Source: Takakia lepidozioides
Lineage: Eukaryota > Plantae > Bryophyta
Direction: 5' to 3'
Length of the DNA stretch: 64,000 nucleotides
Assembly: GCA_030704615.1 (NCBI GenBank)
Contig: CM060734.1
Location: 25,854,001 to 25,918,000, forward strand
The stretch's first letter is position 1. Each line of letters begins with the position of its first letter. A model generated the notes under the pieces. The model did not search any database. It had not been told where the DNA came from and saw nothing but the letters and a program-made list of their open reading frames with translations. Both the position numbers and the translations under genes were made by a program. Of this stretch, positions 49,367 through 62,700 are shown piece after piece.

Positions 49367-49524
49367 AGGGATACAGTGGTATCCATGACAAACCATTGCA
49401 GCATGATTTGCATCTAAACAGATGTCGTCACAGCCTACACCTGTAACACCAACGGAGCATGAAGCACTTGTTGTAAAACCAAATGTGTATGGCCATAACA
49501 GAGAACACGGGTGTTCACACAACC

Positions 49525-49635
49525 ATCACAGCCCACCACAGTTTAACACAACATATCACAGCCCACCACAGTATAACACAGCCTATCACAGCTCACCACA
49601 GTTTGACACAGCCTGTCACAGCCCAACACAGCCCA
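49525..49635 (+). repeat. 30-bp tandem minisatellite, ~3.5 copies, in the G2 3' region
   Basis: CACAGCCCACCACAGTTTAACACAACATAT variants. Confidence 0.7.
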
Positions 49636-50189
49636 CGCGGGTTGCACAGTCCATAGGGTCAGTGACAGGTGGACGCGGGTTGATGTTAGAAAAGTGGCCG
49701 GTAAGTGTAAGGGCAGCTTGGAAGTCAAACTTGGATAATAAGCCACACGGACAGAATGAGACAAGAGGACACGTGGCCTAAGGGGCAAAGCACTCCGCAT
49801 TGCATGTACTGCTATAGCGGGTGTCATCAAGCAAAAAGACAAACTGGGCCGTCGAAGTATCTACCCGGTACAGCAGCCGAAACTAATTACAGGGCCATTA
49901 ATGCATCCAGGAAGCAGATAACAGAGCCCTTTACGCGTACAGCAAAGGGGGACCTTTGCCACATGTGCTGTCCTAGTGGGCATTCCAAGTGGGAATGTGA
50001 GCAGATGGGGGTAAAATTGAGAAGTTACCCGATGAGGCAACAGCCAATCAGGAACGTGAATTTCATGCAGGTGGTTCCCTCCAAGAAACAAGAACAAGAA
50101 ATTAAAAAAATTATGAGCGGAAGAGTAGGGGTTGCTCCGAATAACCAGTGTCTCGACGGGAGGGGCAATCAAAGCTATAGCTTTGTAGC

Positions 50190-52781
50190 TATGGCGGATA
50201 TCACAGACTATACGCTAGCATTACTTCTTACGCAGTGGTGCAAAGTCGGATGGGGTGGAAGTACATTCTCTCTCACTCACTACTTGCAAGCCCCACATTT
50301 TCTCACACTCAATTACCCGTTCCATTCTGTGTCAACCATACTTTCATGCTTTACGCCCTGCAAGCTTTCCTGCAGCTATTCCAAACAAGGCCTTCTTGTT
50401 TGTCTGGGATGAAGAGAATTAGGGGAATGGAGGATATCAAGGTGAAGAGCACCACGATTCTACATAAGCAGACAATTGCTACACCACAGGCAGTGCAACT
50501 GCTGAAGGAGTTATGATTGAAAGGGCTGCTACGCAAAGAATGGTCCTTGCATCATCGGGGGTTCATGACTCAATTCATTCAGAACTTTGAGCCTCGGACA
50601 TGAGTTACACAGGTGAGGAGAGTAGATATAGAGATTACTCCCCAGTACTTGCAGCAACTGTTTGAATTACCATCTGGCCATGTGAATGTGGATGAGCACA
50701 GGGCAAGATTGCAGATAGGGGATTTGTTCCAAGAAACAAGTTTCTTTAAGACCCAGGGATACACCTGCACCAAGGCCGAGTACCCAGGGTTAAGGGAAGT
50801 TGGCCAAATACTGAATGTTCTGTTTGCCATGAAATAGAACCAACAGTACCTTAGCAAATCTTTCACGGAGGAGGTATTGAAAGCCTTGAGGGGAGAGGAT
50901 GTGGCTTGGGCGGAGTTGATGTACAATGGTCTAGTGGAGGAGATGAAGCGGTTACAAAATACTACTGCTAAGTCCCCGATCATTGTGTCTGGCCCAATAA
51001 TTGCGCAAATTATCCTTGACTCTTGTTTGCTTGATGCGCGAGAACGCAAGGAGATGGGAGTATTTGAGACAGCCACAACTGCAATTGAGGAGCAGGGCTC
51101 TTCACAAGGTGAAGGGGGATTGGAGGGGCAACACCAGTCCAAGAGACAGAGCGGGATGCGATTGTAGTGGCAGATCCACTAGCTTCAAGGAAACCGCAAG
51201 ATGATGTTTCCATAGCTCTTGTGCAGGATGAGGAACGACAGCACAAGGGGCTGTTATTGCTGGAAGCACGACCTTTGGAGAGGGAGGAAGAAGTTACTTC
51301 AGTGCCACAGCCACCACAGCCAGTTGACTTGGTTGCCCAACGGTAACTCAGATTGTACATGTTGTCACACCAGAGCCTCTTGCTGTGGAGGGAGAAGGGT
51401 TGGACATTCCTACTACAGAGGAGGTAGTAGCAGAAATTGAGAAGGGTGACCTTCTCTATAAAAACTCTGGCATGGTCGGGGAACCTGTAGTACCAAAGAT
51501 GTAGAGTCTGATCAAGGAAATCCCTGTTGTGCAAGTCATGCCCAAACCTGTGGAGGAGGTTCAAGGGGTAGAGTGCAAGGGCACTGCAACACTTGTGGAG
51601 GATGAGGTGGTTCACGGAGAAGATCTTGTGGGATCATGGCCTGACTGGTTTGTGAAACATCAAACTGTGGAGGATCAGGGAGAATAGCAGCAAGTTCTCC
51701 ATGAAGACCCACCGCAAGCCATGCTTATGAGTTCCATAAGTAGGACACTTAATTTGTTGGGCACCTATGTGAAATCCCATGTTCCTTCCACACAATTGGC
51801 AGCATTGAGGGAGGAGCTCAAGCAAGAGTTTGAGGCAATAATTGCCACTGAGTGTACAAATAAGGTGGATATGGAGGCAACCTTCAGTTGCAGAAAGAGT
51901 TGGAGGATACTCAATCTGCCCTGCAGCTAGCAAAGGCACACCTGATTGAAGCAGGCCTGGAGCAAGAGAAGTTGCATGAAGTACATAAGCAACAGTTATA
52001 CCAATTGCAGGTGAAGCATGAGGGCAAATTGCAGGAAGTGAAGTTGCTTCATACAGAGTTGGAGGCAGTTCATCAGAAAATGACCATCCAATGTGCCTCA
52101 CTAACAACTACTCTGGAGCTAACTGCATTAGAAATTAACAAACAAGCAGAGAGATGTTTGATGGTGGAGACTGAGTCAGTCGAGCAGGTAAAACTCATTG
52201 CTGACTTGAAGGCTACTATCCGTCGCAATGAGGATACCTTTCAACAGTACAGTCGGATTGAGGTTGAGAAGGACTGATACATCCTGGAGTTGCAACAAAC
52301 ACTCACATCACGAAAGAATGAGGTTTCTGTGACTACCAAGGCTTGGAAGGAAGCCAATAATCTGACTGTTGCCTATGCCGCCCTGGTTGAACCTCATGCG
52401 GAGCGCATGGAGGCTTTACAGCAGCAGTTAGACATGTACAGACTCAAGGAGGAGCAGGCTCTCTGGGGTGCTACTCAGGACTTGGTGGATAATCATCTTT
52501 TGCAAGAGTGGTTAACACAAAGGCCGGTGGAAGGGAAGGCACCAAAAAAGCTCACCCAGGAGGAGATGAATGATTTCAGGCTACAGGTGCAGAACATTGC
52601 CACAACCACTATAGACAATGTCTATAGTCGGATAGCTGAGTTGCAGGATGATGTGGAAGGGCTGCAGACTCAAGTGGATGACTTGAGCTCCAACATTGAC
52701 AAAAGAGCCTTTGATCACGAGGAACAGCTGGTGGCTGCTTATTTGCATGCGCGGACTCTGATTTTCCAATCTTTGTCATAG
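50190..52781 (+). pseudogene. Degraded accessory ORF in the G2 3' region with coiled-coil C-terminal half
   Basis: Chain of same-strand ORF pieces (50613-50837, 50877-51167, 51888-52277, 52290-52781) rich in heptad-like E/L/Q/K. Confidence 0.5.
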
Positions 52782-53034
52782 GAGGTGCAGGACTTGCCAA
52801 CAATAAGAGGGACAGTGGCGGCCATATCACAGCAACCACAGCAGGTCGACACTGTTGATACCATGGCCCTGCAGCAATCTGAGGTTTGGGGGGATGCTTC
52901 TTTTAACCCACCTAGGACTCCTGCTGCATTGAGTACAATCGGGCTATAATTATGCCCTTCAACCAAATTCCCATTGTGATGGATTTGGCTTGGAAGGAAT
53001 TCAGTCCTCCAGAGTCTTTGGCATACTATTACCA

Positions 53035-53140
53035 GAGGTTTACTATTTTATGAGCAGAAACCATGAGCCATGAGCCATGAGCTGCATGAGCCGCATGAGC
53101 GGTGAGCCGAAGTCTAAGACACGTGGATTTCATGAGCGGA
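53035..53140 (+). repeat. Element C TIR with ATGAGC repeats
   Basis: CCATGAGCCATGAGCCATGAGCTGCATGAGCCGCATGAGCGG. Confidence 0.85.
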
Positions 53141-53843
53141 CTCCTCCAAATTTGGAAATGCGGCAGATTAAACAAGTATTAAAATAATAGTTTTATATTT
53201 GACCTTGCCGTTTTTGGAAGTTACAAATCCTGTAATGCGGCGAAGATATGTCGTCAGTAACAACTCCGCTCATGGTTTTTTAGATCCGCTCATGGAAATG
53301 AGTGACCGTGCAACGAGAAATCCAGTATACCACGGCAAAAGGACGTCGCATACTGGCCTGTATAGAGTATTCCGCGGTTTAACATGCCTTAACATTGGAA
53401 TGAAGCTGACCCTTTTGCCGCGACTGAACCAATAGAGTCTGCACAATTCTGTCATCTTCCAGTATTCGGCGGGAAAGTTTTGCAAGTCAACTAGGAAATG
53501 CGGTGCCGCATTAGGGTTCGCACGTGCGAAATTTCTGGGCTGTTTGGTGTTGGTGAATGCCGCATCTACCAGTACCTACGACGTTACTTGCCGGGGGTCG
53601 AATGAGGAAAGCAAAGTTTGGGAGAGCAGAAAAACAGGAACCCTCCAACACACAAAAATACATGCACGTGGAAACACGAGTGAATGACATAGTATTATCT
53701 TAGTTCGAGCAAAACAGGTTACTGGTAGGCAAGACATAAGTCGGACCTTTCTGTGGCCAGAGTCAGAGCTACTTGCAGCAGTACAGTTCTACTATCCGAA
53801 AAGGATGGGCGTACCATTGTGTTGGGACCGCAAGCCAAGGTCA

Positions 53844-56800
53844 CTAGTCCCCTGGATCCATATTCAGAAGAGTGTGCACCTCTTGGGGGCTCAACCCTGG
53901 TGCATGTATGAAGTGATGAGTTGTGAAATTACACCGGAGTCTCTTTAGGTACACGTAGTACAGATGCTTGCAAGGGCAGTATGATGCCCCGTTGTTCGCC
54001 ATGATCTGAAAGTCGGTGCAATTGCAAGTGGGTAATTCTGAAATGGTGATGGTGTACACCTCATTGCGAACAGCTGAGCCTGCCGTGGCCATCTGATACA
54101 CACGCCCGAAGCCTGGTGGGGGCACTTCTGTCGAGCTCTGGATTGTACAGTTCATCCGAAGTGCATTCCCCATCCTTGTCTTGTTCACTTTTGAGGGAGG
54201 TCGCCGCCTCTTCGGTTTCCCCCAACGGTATGTAGGATGCTTAGAGCTGTCGGGTCCCATTGTTCTTGCTCTCACATGGGCCGGTGGTGGAGGCTGTGGA
54301 AGCGGAAATGGTTCTCTGGGGACGTCAGTGCGCTGCACCATCCAAAATCCTGCGGCGGTAAGGGCATCGGCCTCAACCTGACTCAGATCGCAGCCTGGTT
54401 CCACCGGCCACACCGGGGGAGCCTCTGGCATTGTTTGTATGCCGTACTTGGGCTTTCCATACACGCAAGTCATAATGTCGTGCCTGCAGAACCAGAACTG
54501 GGTGGTTGTCGCCTCCGCAAACTTTGCATGGACAAATCTTCCTGTAAAAGTAGGAGCAAGGACAACACCATCTGGATTCCTCCTTATCATCTCTAAACAA
54601 CGTTGCCGTGTATCCACTCGAATTGCGGAACACCTGCCTCGAAACGACGGCTTTGTGCGAGCAATTCTCCACTGTGACGCAGACACAGTCGTCTCCACAA
54701 TGGCTTGGCCATACTGCATAACACGGGGCGGAATCTGGGGCAAGCGAGTGGTGGGAATTTCTCGCACGGAATCCCCGCTTGAAGGCGATGGCGATCTGGA
54801 ATTTCTTGGGCTTCCACTGCTGGAAGACACATTGTGCGGCAACATGACGGGCCCTCGAGGTGCTGTCCAAATGTTCCTGTCGGATCTCCAGGAATCCTCT
54901 TTGCACCCGGGTTCCTCTTCAATCCTCCGCCTCACAGGGCGAGTACGGACGTCCCCCTCTAGGTGCTCACCTCTGCGGTGCAAAGGCGTCCCTTTGATCT
55001 TCTCTCGCAATGCTGTCGCCCATTTCAGTGGATTCTTGGACCTCGAAGTTGTTCGTACCAACAATTCCTCCCTGTCCGGCCCAAAGCCCCATTGTTTCCC
55101 GCTCAGGAACTTGTAGTACGTGGCTTGCTGCATGATTGCTCTGTCGATGTCCTCCGTTGTGGCCGTCACTACGTCCACCAGATGTGCGGCAGAAGACGCT
55201 CGCCAGGAGAAGTGCACTGATTCTGCCATATTCGTGTTCGGCATGTCCGTGTCGGAATCCAAGCACCGCTCCTACAAGGACACAGACAATGGTGAGGAAC
55301 CAATGGAAAGGTCCGTAATAGAAAGACAATTGCACGAAAATGACAGCATCATACCTCCCGCATGTACTGTCCGAACTGTCGATACCGGAAATGCCACCAC
55401 CCCAACCAGTTGTGCAAGGCTCCCAGATTGGTTGTCTCCACTGCACCTGACGTGTTCCACCAAGCCTCGATGATAGCAAACTTAACCTCCGCGTCATCAA
55501 ATGTGGGTGCATCCTTCCACGCCGTACAAAGGACACGGTGTTCAGCCTGGAATGAGCTAGCAACAAATTTGGTAGTGTAGTGGGATAGACTCTGCATCCA
55601 ATGGAATCCACAGGATCCCTCTTTCCCCTCCATTGGAACATTGGGGTCCTCACCGTACACACGCCGCACCGCTGCCCAGTTGGCCTGAGCGTTGTCTGCC
55701 ATGAATCCCCTGAAATTGGGCTCTGGCAATCCTGCCCTTGCCATCTGCTGGTTTATGCCCTCCCATAGATGCATTTCGGACTGTGTGTCCTCCCCTTTCA
55801 TCTCGCAGATTGCAATCGTCATGAGCCTCTTGGAGTGATAGTCATAAACATGCGCACCCATAGTCACCCACTGATGGTTTGTAATTCGCTTGATGTGATC
55901 AAACATCACCCAAGCATTCGACAAGTTTCCAGTTGTCATGCGAGTGACCAAGTCGACTCCACTCCCAGGCCCACACGTCGACATTTTGAAAATGTAACAA
56001 CGATCGGATTCGCTGCCTTGCCCTGGAAACCTGCTACCTTGGATGTAGTCATATCCAGTCATTCGTTTCACCTCCAGGATTGAGTACATGTCCGACCCCC
56101 TGCCGAACTCCTGCTTGCAAGATACGATGTGATTCCGCACATTCGGACTACAAACGTGCGAGACGGACTCCAAGAGGTCACGCATCTCGTCTTCGGTCAA
56201 GGGCTCTCGGTCGGAACCATCTTCAGACATGATTTTGCCAAGAGCAATCTTGTGGGCTGCTTTCAGCTGAATCTGCTTTGGTCTGGCTCCGGGGCTCAAT
56301 TTCACCTCCTCTTTTATGATGTCGTGTGCTTCCTGCACAGCCTCACGCATGTTGCCTCTCGCCAAGGGGTGGCAGTGGACCCCAACGTGTATGCAAGCTC
56401 TAGTCAAGTCCGGGAGCAAATGGATAACGTAATATTGCTTGGCTCTGCACATGGACATGCACGTCGGTGGTTCTTTGCAATGAGCGCACTTGAAAGTACC
56501 CACAAGAGCTTGGCTGGAGACAATGAATGGATGATGCGTTGTGCCAGTCCAATCCGTCTCGTTTCTCCGCCCTCCTTTGGAAAGAAAGTGGAAGCAGGCC
56601 GGATTGAGGCACCTCAGCTTCCCCGCACAGAGGACGTATCGTACACAAACACCATCAGCAATTTTCGTGCTACTGGTCTTCGTCACACACCAGGGGTGTC
56701 CGTCATGCTTTCGATCCATGTCTGTTAACATCCCTGAGGCTTTGTTTGACGAAGTAACAGGTGGAAACTCGAAGATGACATTACCATCGACTTCGGGAGG

Positions 56801-57448
56801 CAGATACGTTACCTTCCTGACCGGAAATTTGGCATAGTCGAGAGCAGCTAGCTCGGAGCGAGAACCATCGAGGTGATGTTGTCGTAGGAGCTGCACAATG
56901 GACCGGGTTGGAGTTATGCTCGAGGGTACATGCATAGCACCTGTAGAGACGTCCATCTCGGATTTGAACAACTGTGTGGAGGACATGGGGACCTCAATGC
57001 ACTCATCTTCATCGTCGGAAATGTTGAATACGTCCACACGAGAAGCTATGGAGGGTCTTGACGGTCCAGGTCGGGAATGATTATCGTTGCATACCTCTCT
57101 GTTGGCAGTGGCCGCCTGTCGGTTTCCGGACTCCTTTGTGGATGGTGTGGGCAGCGACTGATTCGGAAAGGGAATGGGCATTCCCACAGCTCGGTATAGG
57201 ATGGTGTCTGATGGGGGTACGTGCCATTCGATTCCGCAACCTCCGTCGTTACCTAGCACGACAATGGTCTTGTCAACCTGTCCAGGAACATCCTTCCTTT
57301 CTTCTTCCAAATAAACTGTGCTCGGTTTGAGCTTGAATTTGGAACAAAGGTAAGTTTCAGTCACTCTGCAAAGCCCTCCCTCGTTTGGGATCCAGGCTCT
57401 CCCAAGTTGCGGAGGACAGCAAACTATAGCGTAGGAATTCAGAGCCAT
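53844..57448 (-). CDS. Element C Mutator-family transposase (GCM-like, DDE, SWIM), apparently intact, ~1173 aa, one intron
   Basis: Exon 1 57448-55355 and exon 2 55271-53844 join in frame across GT-AG intron 55272-55354. WVMFDH, FMADNAQA, CGFHW, NTNMAESVH, CNCTDF..PCKH. Start inferred by alignment with A. Confidence 0.9.
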
Positions 57449-57824
57449 CGAACACCGCACGAAGTTGGCAAGTGCGAGGTTCAGTATAGCGACAGACCAA
57501 GGCTCACAGGCACCATGCGGAGTCCATCGACGATTGGAAGTCGCACATTGAAGTGGAAAGTATTGTTTCAAGCTACATGCATGAAGGTGGGAGGTGTGAT
57601 TCCATAGCCAGTAAGTATGACAATGATGGCCGATTCGGCGACGAAATAACATCTCCTGACAGTTTCTCTGGAGGGTGGATCCAGCAGTATTCTCGGTGCA
57701 GACAGGAACGTTCGCACTGACAAGTGCGAGTACTATTAGTTAAAACGGTCAGACAACCAAGTTGTGCTCATCAAGACTGGCCGCAATTGTGTTGTTTCGG
57801 AACAATGCAACCCATTCAGGTTCA

Positions 57825-59460
57825 GCATGCGGAAATGAGGTTCCAGATTTCCATCCGGAGTGATTCTTTCGATTGCAGCTGGACGGAAATACGGCGCCGC
57901 ATTTCCGTATTGCATCTTGGTCATGCACCAGAGCAACGGAAATGCGGCACCGAGTTTCCGTTCAGGGGAAACCTTTATACTCTCCAGAACGGAAATGCGG
58001 TACCGCATTTCCGTTCTGATTGAGAATTATAAACAACAGGAACAGAAATGCGGCACCGCATTTCCATCGCAGTCGCACCTTCCGACATACCAGAACAGAA
58101 ATACGGCGCCACATTTCCGTTTTATATCTGACGCATGGAGCTGAGGGATAGAAATGTTGCACTGCATTTCCGTCCTCACAAGACATTCATACTCTCCAGA
58201 ACGGAAATGCGGTAACGCATTTCCATCCAGCAAGCACGGTATGTGAAGGTAGAACGGAAATGCGGTACCGCATTTCCGTTCTGATTGAGAATTATGAACA
58301 ACGGGAACAGAAAAGCGGCACCGCATTTCCGTCCGAGTCGCACTTTCCGACATTCCAGAACGGAAATGCGGCGCCGCATTTTCGTTTTGTATCTGATGCA
58401 AGGAGCCGAGTGCAATTCCGACCGCTTGAGACATTCATACTATCCAGAACGGAAATGCGGTACCGCATTTCCGTTCTGACTGAAAATCGTGAACCATCGG
58501 AACTGAAATGTGGCACCGCATTTCCGCCCGGGTGAGACCTTCATACTCTCCAGAACGGAAATGCGGCACCGCATTTTCGTTCTGATGAAAAATCGTGAAA
58601 CATCGGAACTGAAATGCGATACCGCATTTCCGTTGGAGTCGCACCTTCCGACATTCCAAAACGGAAATGCAGCGCTGCATTTCCGTTCTGTATGTGAGGC
58701 ATGGAGTTGTGGAACGAAAATACGGCACCGTATTTCCACCAAGGTCAGACCTTAATACTCTACAGAACGGAAATGCGCTACCGCATTTCCGTTTTGACTG
58801 AAAATCGTGAACAACGGGAACAGAAATGCGGCACTGCATTTCCGTCCGAGTCGCACCTTCCGACATTCTAGAACGGAAATGCGGCGCCGCATTTCCGTTT
58901 TGTATATGAGGCCTGGAGCTGTGGGACGGAAATGTGGTGCCGCATTTCCATCCATGTGAGACCTTCAAACTTTCTAGACCGGAAATGCGGCACCGCATTT
59001 CCGTTCAGGTGAGACCTCTATACTTTCCCGAACGGAAATGTGGCACGACATTTCCGTTCATCAACTAAGATATGTGAAGGGGGAACGGAAATGCGGTACC
59101 GCATTTCCGTTCAGATTGAAAATCATGAACCACGGGAACTGAAATGTTGTGCCGCATTTCCTTCTGAATCGCACCTTTCGACATTCCAGAACGGAAATGC
59201 AGCGCCGCATTTCCCTTTTGTATCTCATACATGGAGCTGTGGGACGGAAATGCGGCACCGTATTTCCGTTCAACAACTAAGGTATGTGAAGGTGGAACGG
59301 AAATGCGGTGCCGCATTTTCTTCCAACAAGTACGGATGTGTAGCTTCGTGATGGTACTTAACGGAAATGCGGCGCCGCATTCGCATTTTCACTCCAACTC
59401 ATCAGACGGTGGGACGGAAATGCCTTGAACTGTGAGCACATGGAGCAACGGAATTGCGGC
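57825..59460. repeat. Element C central array of palindrome CGGAAATGCGGYRCCGCATTTCCG with irregular higher-order spacers
   Basis: Roughly 30 copies, e.g. ACGGAAATGCGGCGCCGCATTTCCGT at ~58874-58898. Confidence 0.92.
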
Positions 59461-59734
59461 ACATGTCTGCACTCTATCCGACTGAAGTGGCATGAGGCGG
59501 CGCGGCCTGACTGTTGGATAATGATGTTTGTTTTTTGGACGGCAGGCGTACCCTGAACGATTCGAATTTTGTAATGACGCAAAGTCCACAAGGAGACACT
59601 TTCGTCCAACCCTTTTGAACCCAAGTGGTGCATCACCGCCGTTTCATCTTCTTTTGTCGTGTCTCCTCAGTCACCCCTCTCGCGCCCTTTCCATCCGCAC
59701 TCTTCGCCCCTTTTCCCTGTCTTTGTTCTTCTTA

Positions 59735-62700
59735 TGCTCGAACCTAAGAGGGAGGGAGTGCGTGCACCAGAGAAGAGACATCGTCGCAAGCTCCGAAAAT
59801 TGTACTTTGGACGTAGGCCAATGCCGAAGGGGAGGAAGTTGATGCGTCTACAGGAGGAGATTGCCATCTCGCAGCATCAAGCCACGCAGGCAACCCAGCC
59901 ACCATTGAGAGCTCCGTGCTATCGGGATTCGCAAGCTGATCGAGCACCGAAACCCGCCTCATTTTTCTTCTGCAATTCTTAGACTGTATGCTAGGAGACT
60001 TGACTGCAGAAGATGTTTGCATGCCTAACCGGAAAGGTGGACGTGCTGGAGGGATCGCAGGAATCCGAAGAGCCGCAGGCAGAGTCCGTGGAGCTAGCTG
60101 CAGCACGCACACCCAGCCGATCCACGAGCACGGGTCTTCCTGCCGGTCCTAGCCCTGTGCGTTTCAAGGACGCGGCTTCCAAGGGCAAGTCTTTGCAGTT
60201 CAAAGCCCCAGAGAGCGACTCGCCTTCAAAGGTCATGGAGAATTGCCAGCAGGGGTCTAGCCCTTCTCCAGCAAAGACGAAGAAGAAGCAGCCCGTCCTT
60301 CAACTTGTTTCTGAACCGGACCAGGCCGTTTCCCCCCCACCCAGGCGAATGAAGCAGATTCAATTGCAGCAGACACCTTCACCTGCAAGAATGAGGAAGC
60401 ACAAGGCAATCAGGGGGAGGGCGGAGCAGTCTCCCGCAAAACCGATTCCACGAGCTGAAGCCCAGTTCCTGCTTGATTTCCAGCCTGCTGATGTTGGGGG
60501 CGTCTCTGCTGCAGCGAAGGCAATGGGATCGACCGTCGATCTGGTACCGGAGGAGGGTGCTGCCTCTCAACGTTCTCAGCAAGACCTGACCACAGTTGAG
60601 GAAGACCTGACCACTGAAGGCCCGGAGGAGGCCTCTGCGATTGCAGAATTGTTCGCAAAGATTCCCCAGAGTGCAGCTCCAATTGGGGATGCTCAAGCTG
60701 CTCAGCCCCTGCCGCCACCACCAGAAATGTCTCCGGAGGAATTCCAAAGTGCAGCGGATACAATGTTGGAGGAGACACATAGTAGCATTGGCAGAGTTCT
60801 GGGCAGCAGGGTATTCCAGCGGACTCTTTGAATCCCACTCTGTCGCATGGTCTCCCTTCCCATCGTCAGGCAGGCACTTCCCGGAGATGTGGATAAGCTC
60901 AAGTTTGCATTTCGAGAAGGGTACCGTCTAGGTTCGCCAGCCTTCTACGGTTTCCTTGAGAATGAGGACGGCGAATCTCGTGGACCCACTGCGGAGGAAT
61001 TGTCAACATAGGATACCCACTGGCACACTTGCAACGACGAATTTGAGGCAACACTGAAGGGTGATCTCGACTTCGGCCATATGTCGGGTAAAATGTTCTT
61101 TGTGTGGGACGGGAATCACCGACTTCTTGGCTGGTTGGGAGTACATCAAGCAGAACCATGCCAAGCACATTGGCTGGCATTACATGGTGGAGTGTGTCAT
61201 CCTCAAGGTGAAGGCGGCAGACTCCTCCCTGCTCAAGAATGCCATGGCGGACCTCAACTCGTAAGATAATCATACCCTCCCAAACACGTTCGAAATGCGG
61301 TGCCGCATTTCGGTTTCCAATCTGTTTTGTTTCCGAGCTTTCGTGGACTGAACTGGAGAGTGTGCCTTGCAGGGTCGCTGAAAATGAGTACGTGCATACC
61401 CACATGGCACATATGCTGTATAGGGTGAGGAAAACTGGTCTCACTGATCTGCACATGTTCGCGGAAATGCTGGAGCCCGAGCTCATTCAGAAAGCCGTGG
61501 CAAAAACTGACCAGACATGGTATCGTCTCACTATGGATGGAATGGTGGAGGTGATATACGAAGTAAGTCGTGCTCCCATTTCCCTCTGCTCATCCTTCCC
61601 CAATTTCCGGTAATCTTTCCACATGAATCGAATGTAACGCTTCTGCATGTTTTTGTTGGCAGTCAAACATCAAGCTGGATTTGGCCCATGCCAAACGCTT
61701 CTTCATGGAAAGTGAGGGGCAGGTCAAAACGTTGCAGTCATTGACTGAGCACTTGAAGGAAGCCGGGGTCAAGTCCAGAACGAAATACAAGTCAAAGCTT
61801 GTGAAGCTGGTGGCCATTGCAGATCCGGCACTTGGAAAGGACTTCATCCCCGAGATTGCAAAACACTATTCTCGGGCCATGCAGCCAACCATGCAGTTGG
61901 AGAAACTGCATCACCTCTCAACGGCATGTGTTGAAACGAAAGAGAAGGTGATGTTTCAATTCACTGAAGTTCCTTCCTAGCAATAGCCACTCTTCTTCCT
62001 GCTCCTGACATTGGATCGGAAATGGCAGACACGGTGGCTGTCGATCTGGAATGCATCGGAGAGTATAAGGACAATGTGGTCTTTTCCACTCGAAGTTTCC
62101 GACCCTGCAGTGGATGTGCGGCTCAACCGCATGACTTGGTGGTTCCAGGTAATTCAAGGTACTTCTCCATATTTGCTTTTCTGAAATGAATTCCCTGAAC
62201 TGCTACGTGACATTGCATGTGGGAATCGCAGGTAATGACGAATGCGAAGGAGCAAGTCGTAATGCATACAAATTCGTTCGGCTTGTACGTTAAATGGGAT
62301 GGAACACAGACATTGGAAGACTACGTGACACGTTTCAGATGTGCTTACAAGGACAACCTCTTCGCCAGGGAGCTGCAGACAGCAAGAAGAAGCGTGGAGT
62401 TTACACATCAGGAGGGAGCGGGAAAAGCTGCAATGCGAATTGTTTACAGGTGAAGCCCAGCTGTCCTTGTATGCAAAGCCTGGTAATGAGGTTTGTCTGG
62501 GAAATGCGGCACCGCATTCGCATTTTATGTTTTCGGTTGCACTCTGCGAGTATGTTTGTCTCAACTTTTGCTCACGCATGCTGACTGCCCTGCAGGTATA
62601 TGAAATACGTGCTTCTTCAGACAGGGGCCCTGGCTCAAGAGCCCCCATTCTTCATGGCTTGGACCGTGGCGGGCCCAAGCTGTGTCTACACACCCGAGAT

